Position numbers and translations under genes: made by a program
Part shown: piece by piece, positions 40,177 to 48,037 of the stretch
Position numbering within the stretch: position 1 is the stretch's first letter
How the letters are laid out: each line of letters begins with the position of its first letter
Notes under the pieces: generated by a model
What the model was told of the DNA's origin: nothing
What the model saw: the letters and a program-made list of their open reading frames with translations, nothing else
The model's database searches: none
IMG/VR virus record: IMGVR_UViG_3300029448_000013
Span: 1 to 64,000 of that record
Length of the DNA: 64,000 nucleotides
Reading direction: 5' to 3' (one strand)
Source of the DNA: a virus

Positions 40177-41295
40177 TCAGTTAATGTTGATTGCCCTTGT
40201 TTTGTTATCTTCTAGTTTAAATTTATATTTTCCTACTGTAACACTAATCAGTTTTTTCATTTTCTGATGTGTCTTGTCTAACACCGCTACTTTGGTTTCT
40301 TCTACTTCGTTGTTTCTCATGTTCAAAACCATTTCTAGAATCTCTTCAACCTTGTCTATTAATGTAGGGATTTCTGCTGCTATACTGCGGTAGTTATCAA
40401 ATATCTCTAGTTGTTGCTCATAAATTTTCTTACCTTCTTGAGTTGATTCATCTATTCTTTGTGGAAACATCACTCCTCCGATATCCACTACGTCTGCATC
40501 AACTTCTCTTCCCAATGCAAATTTCCAATTTTCATCTTCAGCATCAAGAGATTTGGTTAATGTTGATTCTTGTAACTCTTTGATTCTATCTAAGGTAAGA
40601 AGTATCTCTCTCATTTTTGTCAATAGTATATCAGGGTTTTCAGGAAGATTATCAATATCTATTTCTTCAGTTTTTTCTAACATAGAAGTAACCTTGTCTA
40701 ATGCTCCTCTAGTCATTTTTTTACCCGTAAGCAATCCTCTTGGCATATCAGCAGCCGCTTCAAAAAACTCTCTTAATATTTCAAGAGATTCTTTACCGTT
40801 GTATGTTTTTTCTACCTGAGTATCAAAAGCATCAGTGTCACCTGAAATTGTTATTCCTAAATCTTCAGCATCCCGAAAGAATAGTTCCAACAAATTGTTT
40901 GGTGCAGTTTTTTGTATAATACTCTGATAAAAATTATCTATCTTTTCTTTACTTCTAGTTCTAGGTATGAGATATGATTTGCTAAATTCTATCATTGTTC
41001 CACGCATATCTGAATCAGTAACATCAGCAGTTCTACTAAATCTTTCTAGAATCTCTGTCCACATTGTAACAGTAGTTGCTAACGCATCTGCTCTTTCCTT
41101 TGCTGCTTCTGATTGTCGGGCTGCTTGTTCTGATTCTTTAGCCTCTTTTTCTGATTGTCGTTTATCCCTTGCTTCTACTTGCTTAGGAGTTAACTGGCGT
41201 ATTCCTTCGTCAGTATCTTCTTCTGTTTCAGCAGTGAAATCAGTAATATCAAGCGATTTCTTTTTACGCAAGATATCCATAAAATCCTGCGACAT
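40177..41295 (-). CDS. Acidic helical protein with variant leader (MSQDFMDILRK)
   Basis: 372-aa ORF. Confidence 0.7.
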   Translation of the reverse strand: MSQDFMDILRKKKSLDITDFTAETEEDTDEGIRQLTPKQVEARDKRQSEKEAKESEQAARQSEAAKERADALATTVTMWTEILERFSRTADVTDSDMRGTMIEFSKSYLIPRTRSKEKIDNFYQSIIQKTAPNNLLELFFRDAEDLGITISGDTDAFDTQVEKTYNGKESLEILREFFEAAADMPRGLLTGKKMTRGALDKVTSMLEKTEEIDIDNLPENPDILLTKMREILLTLDRIKELQESTLTKSLDAEDENWKFALGREVDADVVDIGGVMFPQRIDESTQEGKKIYEQQLEIFDNYRSIAAEIPTLIDKVEEILEMVLNMRNNEVEETKVAVLDKTHQKMKKLISVTVGKYKFKLEDNKTRAININ

Positions 41296-41300
41296 CTAAA

Positions 41301-41531
41301 TCATCCCCAAGGATTGTTTGGTGTTTTTGACCTCTTCTTTTTAGGCAGTAAAATAGCATCGGGAACATCTCTTGTATCAGGAGATTTCTTTTCCACAGCA
41401 TTAGGGTCAATACCACCAACAGAATAATCTCTGTTCTTAGTGGCATTCCTACTGTGGTGAGCATATTGCTCTGCTCTTGCGTTCGCTAGTTCCCTTTCTA
41501 ATTCTTTTACTCCTTTCTTTTTTTCTGTCAT
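41301..41531 (-). CDS. Hypothetical basic protein
   Basis: Coupled ORF. Confidence 0.65.
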   Translation of the reverse strand: MTEKKKGVKELERELANARAEQYAHHSRNATKNRDYSVGGIDPNAVEKKSPDTRDVPDAILLPKKKRSKTPNNPWG

Positions 41532-41779
41532 TTCTTTTCCTCCCTTAATTGTTTGAAATCTTCTCTATCGATGTCTCCATCCTTGTCTTTATCTAGTTTC
41601 TTTTGTCCACCATAAAGTGTCTTTTCCATTTCTTCAGCAACAGCAGGGTCAACTGGATGTTCTCTTGCTTCATGCATATCTCTAGCAGGTTTGATTTTAC
41701 CTTCTTCTGTATCCATCATATCTCCACCATCATCAGGCATTGGCATGTCAATTTGTTTGATTACATTCCACCAGTTCAT
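41528..41779 (-). CDS. W-leader protein with EF-hand-like loop (MNWWNVIKQ)
   Basis: LDKDKDGDIDREDF is an EF-hand loop; GGTGA SD before ATG 41779. Confidence 0.75.
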   Translation of the reverse strand: MNWWNVIKQIDMPMPDDGGDMMDTEEGKIKPARDMHEAREHPVDPAVAEEMEKTLYGGQKKLDKDKDGDIDREDFKQLREEKK

Positions 41780-41784
41780 CTCTC

Positions 41785-42072
41785 TCACCACAGTTTTTTA
41801 CATGCTAGGCACTTGGGGGTAGTAATTCTACCTTTACATTGGTCACAGTTATGCCTTGCTCTGAAATTCTTTCTCCTAGCAGGGTCTTTGTGTGTTCCAC
41901 CACCACGATTCTTACCCTTTCTCTTGTAATTACCGTAGCCTTTAGCACCAGCATGAATCTTCTTTCCTTCATGAGTTAGCATCATTATCTTCTTACCATC
42001 TCTGTCAGAAGGATAAACAGTGCCAACTCTCATGTCTTCCTTATCTTTCTTAACTACTGTAAACCAACTCAT
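41785..42072 (-). CDS. W-leader basic protein (MSWFTVVKK)
   Basis: HKDPARRKNFRARHNC motif of small basic marine-virus proteins. Confidence 0.75.
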   Translation of the reverse strand: MSWFTVVKKDKEDMRVGTVYPSDRDGKKIMMLTHEGKKIHAGAKGYGNYKRKGKNRGGGTHKDPARRKNFRARHNCDQCKGRITTPKCLACKKLW

Positions 42073-43041
42073 CTAACCCCTCCTCTTGAACCAGCCATGA
42101 AGACCCTCATCTTTTTCTCGGCTAAACGTTCCAGCCTTTCTTTTCTTCGGTTTCCCGCCTCTTCTCTTGTAATCCTTACAAGCAGAACAAGTTGGACGAC
42201 ATCTTCTCTTTGTTCCTTTTGAAGCATCTTTTCTACCACACGATTCTGTTCCGGGTTTGTCATCATCACAAGAAGCACAACTAACCCAATCTTTCACTAG
42301 CATATCTTCCCAAGATTTTTTGACATCCCTATCTAAATACGCATCAGCAATTAGAAGCCCTGCTTCCTTTCCAATTTCGATGTCGCTTGGATAATGGCTG
42401 CCCATTTTAACTCTTGATAGTGATATCTTCCCGGCAAGTTTCATCAACTCCTCCTCTTTGTCAGGATACTCCTTACCTAAAATCTTGGCTAATGCATAGG
42501 CTTCCATCGCATGACCGCTTGGAAAGGATGGACTATCATCTGTATCGGTTGTGGACTCTATCTTGTCTGAAATCTCATATGGTCTTGGTCTTCCGTATTT
42601 CACTTTGAGTTTGATTGTATGGATATCGATATCCTCAATCAAATCCTCTCTATCCTCCTTACTCTCACCAACAACCTTCAACATCATCTCGTTATTGCTT
42701 TCGTCTAGGTCTTCCATTTCTTCATCATCAATCTTGTTAGCGTTCATCATAGCGAGAACTTTAGGAAGTTCCTTCTCATTCTCAGGATGTTTATAGTCAG
42801 GGAAGTCTACATCGAATGAAGGCTCAGACTCAAACAGTCTCCTCTTTTCCTCTGACAGATTCTTAGGAGTGTATTTTGATTCTGCTTTCTTCACCGAGTT
42901 ACCCCAATTAGCAGCACCAACCTTTCTACACTGTACTAATGCACCTGAAGCATAAGCAGAAGGCCACTTCTTGTATCTGCTTCTGACCTTGCGATAACAA
43001 GCATCTTTCTCTTTTTTTAATTCCTCAAACCAAAGAGTCAT
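42073..43041 (-). CDS. PAP2-superfamily phosphatase flanked by basic Cys-containing domains
   Basis: Motifs KVKYGRPRP, PSFPSGH, SRVKMGSHYPSD; start MTLWFEELKK at 43041. Confidence 0.8.
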   Translation of the reverse strand: MTLWFEELKKEKDACYRKVRSRYKKWPSAYASGALVQCRKVGAANWGNSVKKAESKYTPKNLSEEKRRLFESEPSFDVDFPDYKHPENEKELPKVLAMMNANKIDDEEMEDLDESNNEMMLKVVGESKEDREDLIEDIDIHTIKLKVKYGRPRPYEISDKIESTTDTDDSPSFPSGHAMEAYALAKILGKEYPDKEEELMKLAGKISLSRVKMGSHYPSDIEIGKEAGLLIADAYLDRDVKKSWEDMLVKDWVSCASCDDDKPGTESCGRKDASKGTKRRCRPTCSACKDYKRRGGKPKKRKAGTFSREKDEGLHGWFKRRG

Positions 43042-43141
43042 GCTTTTCCTCCAAATATTTCCTGATTCTTTCATCTGTTTCTGCATTGAGTCTGTCTATT
43101 TCTTTCTTCCACATTTTGACAAACTCAAGTATGTCACTCAA
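43025..43141 (-). CDS. Putative 38-aa protein MSDILEFVKMWKKEIDRL...
   Basis: TTG start overlapping the portal stop; charged helical peptide. Confidence 0.5.
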   Translation of the reverse strand: MSDILEFVKMWKKEIDRLNAETDERIRKYLEEKHDSLV

Positions 43142-44763
43142 CCTACTCTCCTCTCTGTTCGTGAATCAACATTCTGATTACCCGCTTCTTGTGGTAATCC
43201 TGTAAATCTCTTGTCAGGGCCAGTTTCCATAGACGGTTTGTTTCTAGTTTCTCCACCGCCTTGACCCACCAATTGTTGTTCTTGTAATTGCCCAAGTTGG
43301 CTTGCATCAATGTCTGTTCCTGCGTATGGGTCAGTTTCTACTTCTCCCTCTGCTCCTTCTTGCGGTGGTGCTTCAGGTTTAGGGTCAGGTTTCTTGAAGG
43401 TGAATCTACCTTCATCATCCATATCGACCTCAAACCCTAGATTCTTAATTGATGCTGCTACGTTAACTTCAATCTCCCTCTTTCGTAGTTTAGCAATCTC
43501 ATCCTCTTCCTCTGATGGAGGTAGTTTCAACTGCCAATCTGTAATTCCGAATTCCTTAGTCATAAATGGAAACACATAATTATTCCAAATAGTCTGTGCC
43601 ATTTCCACTGCTCTATTAGTTACGAGTATCTGCATACCCTCGTTATTCAAACCACCACTGGCAGAGTTGTCTGCCATGAAGATTTTACTCACACCATAGA
43701 AAGCAGCAATCCTATCTCTCAAGTCTTCTTTGACTTGTATGTAATCCATTTCTTTCAGACTATCCATGAACTTGACCCATTCGACACCTCCTTTTCCTTC
43801 ACCTTCTATTCCCATTACAGGAATGAAGTGTGGGTCTTGTTCCATCTTCTCCTTTACACCACGCCAAAATGATTTCATTGACTCCATGTTTCTAGTTTGT
43901 ACAGTCAATATTCCTCTTGGCATTCTCGCTTTGGTATATGATGAGTTGACATAGTTTTCCATTGCAATCAGAGTTGTGATATGATTCCAAAGAGTCATGA
44001 TAGGTGATTGTCCATATAATCTTGAAGGAGAATATTTACTGAAATGTAGGACTTCCCCTTCAATGAATGCCTGTTCCTGACCATTGGCCCTATTCACATA
44101 ATGCACTGGATGTAGTTCAGAACCGCACATCTCACAAGAATCACTCATGCTTCTACTGATATTGTTTCTATGTGTTAAGCAAGTATATCCTTCACTTCCT
44201 CTTTCACCATTTTCATCTGCATAGATATGCATACTAACAGGGTCTCCTCGATAGACTTCCTTTATTCGGTGCATTCTGATATCACCATTTCCATCTAAGA
44301 AGTATTCCTTTACCATTACCATATATGCATCGTCCATGATATTCAAATCATCTTCCATCTCTTTCAAAACATCAACGAATAATTGTTCACCTTTGTTTAC
44401 ATAACCGTCTAATAGTTTCTCAATATACTTCAATTGGCTTCTATCCGGTTTGATTAGATTCGTACTCCCACATTCAACACATTCTGTTACAGCCTGTTTG
44501 TGTTCTCTTCCACAATCACCACAACGTGCAGTGAATTTTTCTTCCCAAATATATCCTCTTCTGAATATTTCATTCTTCAGTTGCGTTATGCACGTTCTAG
44601 CAATCACGGACTGATAAGTAACGTGATAGATTATTGGTGCAGTAATCAAGTACGAAGTATCCTTCTCTTGAATACCCGGATTGTATATCGTTCGGTCTTG
44701 TGGCTTCGGTGTTGTTCTGCGAGTTAATCGCCTAAACAACGAGGGTTTGTTTTCTTCTACCAT
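43138..44763 (-). CDS. Portal protein with Zn-ribbon insertions
   Basis: Portal motifs (EVLHF...YGQSP, IAAFYGV) plus CGDC..CVEC and C..H..CEMC; downstream of TerL. Confidence 0.85.
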   Translation of the reverse strand: MVEENKPSLFRRLTRRTTPKPQDRTIYNPGIQEKDTSYLITAPIIYHVTYQSVIARTCITQLKNEIFRRGYIWEEKFTARCGDCGREHKQAVTECVECGSTNLIKPDRSQLKYIEKLLDGYVNKGEQLFVDVLKEMEDDLNIMDDAYMVMVKEYFLDGNGDIRMHRIKEVYRGDPVSMHIYADENGERGSEGYTCLTHRNNISRSMSDSCEMCGSELHPVHYVNRANGQEQAFIEGEVLHFSKYSPSRLYGQSPIMTLWNHITTLIAMENYVNSSYTKARMPRGILTVQTRNMESMKSFWRGVKEKMEQDPHFIPVMGIEGEGKGGVEWVKFMDSLKEMDYIQVKEDLRDRIAAFYGVSKIFMADNSASGGLNNEGMQILVTNRAVEMAQTIWNNYVFPFMTKEFGITDWQLKLPPSEEEDEIAKLRKREIEVNVAASIKNLGFEVDMDDEGRFTFKKPDPKPEAPPQEGAEGEVETDPYAGTDIDASQLGQLQEQQLVGQGGGETRNKPSMETGPDKRFTGLPQEAGNQNVDSRTERRVG

Positions 44764-44764
44764 T

Positions 44765-46102
44765 TTATTCATCCTCGTTCTTCACTATGGATTCTAATTT
44801 ATCCATTGTTGACATCTTATCGTTGTCGTAGTATTTTACAACGCTGTCTATGTCAATTTCATACTTTGCGAAATCATAGTTCTTATCATCCTTGTGATTT
44901 TCATATTTCATGAGTTTGAATAATTCTACCTTTCTAGCCTTGTACCATCCTGCTTTCTTATGGCTCTTTTTCATGCGAAGTAGTTCTACTAATATCTCAG
45001 CATTTTTCTTCTTCAATCTGAAATATGGCATACATTTGCTTAGTATCTCACCGACATCTTTCCTAGAGTAGAAGTTTAACCTATTAATTGGTTTAGTATC
45101 TTGTGGAGATTTTTGGTCTAGATGTAGTCTACCACATCCTAGAGACTTGTGCATCTCTAACATGAATGCTTTACCTCTATCCCCTGTTGCAACTAATCCT
45201 ACTCTTGGGTTGTGATTCTTATCCATTGTAATGTAGCCATCAGAATCAATAAATGCAGCAGTATAAGCATAGATGTCTTTCTTTATCTCGTCACTCATTT
45301 TATACAATGCACCATCGACAACAGTTACATTTGCAGAACGTGCCATTTTTGAAATCATAGAAGGAGAGGATTTCCTAAAAAGATTCTGAGGCAATCTCTC
45401 ATGTATTTGTCTTGCTGATATTCCCTGCTCTTCACTGACTAGTTTTACTATGTGTCTTTTGATAAGTTCCTTTGGCCCAATATTTACCACATACTTTCTG
45501 ATACGGCTGTTAACCTTCCTCTTACTGTTAGTCATATCCTTAGACAACTTAGCATATTCTTCCCCATATGCCATATCATCTCTATCTAATCTAGATTCCC
45601 AATATTTACAAAGTGTATCTACTATATCTCTACGAGTAGATGCATCATGAATTAAAGACAGTTTAATGATATTCTCTTCTGATAATGTCATATCTTTCAA
45701 TGCAGGTTTGTATTTCTTAATCCAGTATATTTTGTTGATGCTTTCATCTAGATGTGAAGAGTATGCATCAATTAGATTCTCTATCGATTTAGTCACTGCA
45801 AGTTTTGGTTCTCCTTTCAGTGTTCTTCGATATACTTTGAGTTCCTTAATCATGAGTGGAATATCTTTACCTTCTATTTCATATTTTTTCAAATCGTTTC
45901 TTATTGCTTTTCTAGCATCTGAAAGACCTACATTATAATGCTCTGCAAATCTTTTCTCTAATTCAAAATGACTACTCAAGGGCTGTTCTTCTAACCATTG
46001 ACTTTTGAGTTCAGAGGTAAGTGTTTTCTGTCTCTCTCGAAGTTCTTCTTCTTCGTCAGCGAGTTCCGCCACTTCTCTGAGTTTGTCTCCTTTTTCACTC
46101 AT
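44765..46102 (-). CDS. LAGLIDADG endonuclease-domain protein with long N-terminal helical/wHTH region
   Basis: YTAAFIDSDGYI motif, ...PYFRLKK; GISARQIHERL looks like a wHTH. Confidence 0.8.
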   Translation of the reverse strand: MSEKGDKLREVAELADEEEELRERQKTLTSELKSQWLEEQPLSSHFELEKRFAEHYNVGLSDARKAIRNDLKKYEIEGKDIPLMIKELKVYRRTLKGEPKLAVTKSIENLIDAYSSHLDESINKIYWIKKYKPALKDMTLSEENIIKLSLIHDASTRRDIVDTLCKYWESRLDRDDMAYGEEYAKLSKDMTNSKRKVNSRIRKYVVNIGPKELIKRHIVKLVSEEQGISARQIHERLPQNLFRKSSPSMISKMARSANVTVVDGALYKMSDEIKKDIYAYTAAFIDSDGYITMDKNHNPRVGLVATGDRGKAFMLEMHKSLGCGRLHLDQKSPQDTKPINRLNFYSRKDVGEILSKCMPYFRLKKKNAEILVELLRMKKSHKKAGWYKARKVELFKLMKYENHKDDKNYDFAKYEIDIDSVVKYYDNDKMSTMDKLESIVKNEDE

Positions 46103-46111
46103 ACTCTCACC

Positions 46112-47548
46112 TCAAAAATTCATACCCAATACACCGGGTACACTACGCCGAGTGGTAGTAGGTTCATCAAAGATGTCCAAGTCATCTAGTAAAACAAATT
46201 GATTTCCTGTTCCTTGTGAAGCGGCATTTGCTAATGCCAAACTCATAACCAAATCGTCATGTGCGCCAACTCCCTCGAACTTTCCTGATGCTGTTATCGA
46301 GAACATTGAAAGTTCTTCAACCAAAGCACCTGTAAGTCTTCTACTTGCGTTATCACCATACGGCATAATTATTTTTTGATTCTCAATATTCATCTGAAGA
46401 TTTAGAATTATTTCCTGTTTATTTTTTCTCGTTGTGTTGAAATCTCTAATATTCAAATCAGTCATGCTCTTCAACTCTTGAGTAAAAGCCTTTGCAAAAG
46501 TGTTAGTCTCAAACAAAATTTCCTCCGGCTCAAACACTTTACCAATCAATCTAATCTTCTCTATGTTTTCTCTGAACTCTATGTTCTTCGCTCTGTCTAC
46601 ATGAACAATTGCTTTGTTCTGCTCATCATCAACTTCTAGAACCGTAATAACATTGTAGTCACCATCAGTAGAAATAGCAGGGTCAACACCAACATAGTAT
46701 CTGTAACCCTTGTCCTTTCTGTTTCCAAGTTTCAAAACATATTCTCTGTTTTTACATTTCTCTATGAACTCAGGATTAAACAAAGCAGTTCCAGTAGAAA
46801 TAGGAACACATAGATATTCTCTTGTAAATTTAAGAGAACCTATCTCAGCCTTTCTTTGCATCAACGCATCATATGCCCAACGCTCAGGCCAAAGTGGTTC
46901 GTTCAAAGCATTGAGACACGGATATTTCGTTACAGTGTATGCTGCATTTTCTTCTAACTGTGCAAATATATCCGTATAAGTAAATGGAGTTCCTATCATT
47001 CTGAGTTTAGATGTGTGGTGTAGAGTTGGTATCATGTCACCAAAGAACCAGTCAGTAACTCTCTGAATACCAGCGAGGCTGAACTCCTTCAAGGGGTCGT
47101 CAATGATAATTTCTTGTGGGTGAAGACCACGAATCTGAGAACCAACGGAACGCTCAAGAATCGCATTGCCATTGGTTAACTGAATATTCCCAATTGCCCA
47201 TCCACGACTAGGTTTGAATTGTTTTAATGCTGGCAGGTTGAAATACCTGTCAATTTCCCTCATGTGAACGAGTGTCTGCTTTTGGTTAGATGAGATGTAA
47301 AGCATTTGATATGGTGGTTCTTGAAACACAAGATTCCACACTACCCAACTGTGCATAAACACAGATTTTCCGTGGTCTCTTGAGCAAATAATAACTGTAC
47401 GGTCAGTCTTATCCATTGAGTCTAGCCACTCTTTCATGTACTCAGGATACATCATCCCTAGAACATTTTGAAAGAAATAAGGAAAAGAGTTTTTTGACAG
47501 TTCCATATCCATGCTAGATACAAAATCTAAGTTGTTTATCTCAGCCAT
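46112..47548 (-). CDS. terL: Terminase large subunit
   Basis: Walker A SRDHGKS, Walker B IIIDD, coupling motif IGTP, nuclease GVDPA and HDDLVMS. Confidence 0.95.
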   Translation of the reverse strand: MAEINNLDFVSSMDMELSKNSFPYFFQNVLGMMYPEYMKEWLDSMDKTDRTVIICSRDHGKSVFMHSWVVWNLVFQEPPYQMLYISSNQKQTLVHMREIDRYFNLPALKQFKPSRGWAIGNIQLTNGNAILERSVGSQIRGLHPQEIIIDDPLKEFSLAGIQRVTDWFFGDMIPTLHHTSKLRMIGTPFTYTDIFAQLEENAAYTVTKYPCLNALNEPLWPERWAYDALMQRKAEIGSLKFTREYLCVPISTGTALFNPEFIEKCKNREYVLKLGNRKDKGYRYYVGVDPAISTDGDYNVITVLEVDDEQNKAIVHVDRAKNIEFRENIEKIRLIGKVFEPEEILFETNTFAKAFTQELKSMTDLNIRDFNTTRKNKQEIILNLQMNIENQKIIMPYGDNASRRLTGALVEELSMFSITASGKFEGVGAHDDLVMSLALANAASQGTGNQFVLLDDLDIFDEPTTTRRSVPGVLGMNF

Positions 47549-48033
47549 CAGAGAACACCCCTAATGAATGGATAAAACCATGAAGTGTTCTTCATTATTC
47601 CCCAATCATCTCCGTAACGCTCTCGAAATTTATCTACAATTTCTTCAGGAACTCCCATTAAGTCTTCAGTTTGAAATCCTGCTCTTCTGTTCATTGAAAC
47701 CCACTGACCCTGTGGCACTTTGCTTGAACGTAGACCAACTAACTTTGGCTTACCAACAAACTTGTCTTTCCTGTAATCCAAAAGGGCTTTCCAGTTACCG
47801 CCACCTTTAGGTTGATTTTTTGCTCTAGCCTTCAGACCTCCGAAGATAACATAATCTCCCATATCAGTGTATCCGGCCATCCCAACTACTTCACCATCAA
47901 CAGTACGAAGAATCCAATTTTCAATATTATACCATGATGGTGCTTTTCTTACAAACGGGTCTTCGGGATTATCCCTGTTCCACATGAGAATAGCATCTCT
48001 TTCAGAGACCTCTTTGAAATTAACGTCTGCCAT
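47548..48033 (-). CDS. Putative GNAT-fold protein
   Basis: DGEVVGMAGY strand, KGGGNWKALL motif-A-like segment, RRAGF. Confidence 0.5.
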   Translation of the reverse strand: MADVNFKEVSERDAILMWNRDNPEDPFVRKAPSWYNIENWILRTVDGEVVGMAGYTDMGDYVIFGGLKARAKNQPKGGGNWKALLDYRKDKFVGKPKLVGLRSSKVPQGQWVSMNRRAGFQTEDLMGVPEEIVDKFRERYGDDWGIMKNTSWFYPFIRGVL

Positions 48034-48037
48034 TTCC

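Noticed and set aside
42069-42278. Alternative-frame 69-aa ORF inside the PAP2 gene
   Set aside because: It overlaps a well-supported gene entirely, with no slippery site or SD noted.
44765-47548. Intein or intron in terL/portal
   Set aside because: TerL and portal look complete, the LAGLIDADG gene has its own start and stop, and no intein splice motifs were seen.
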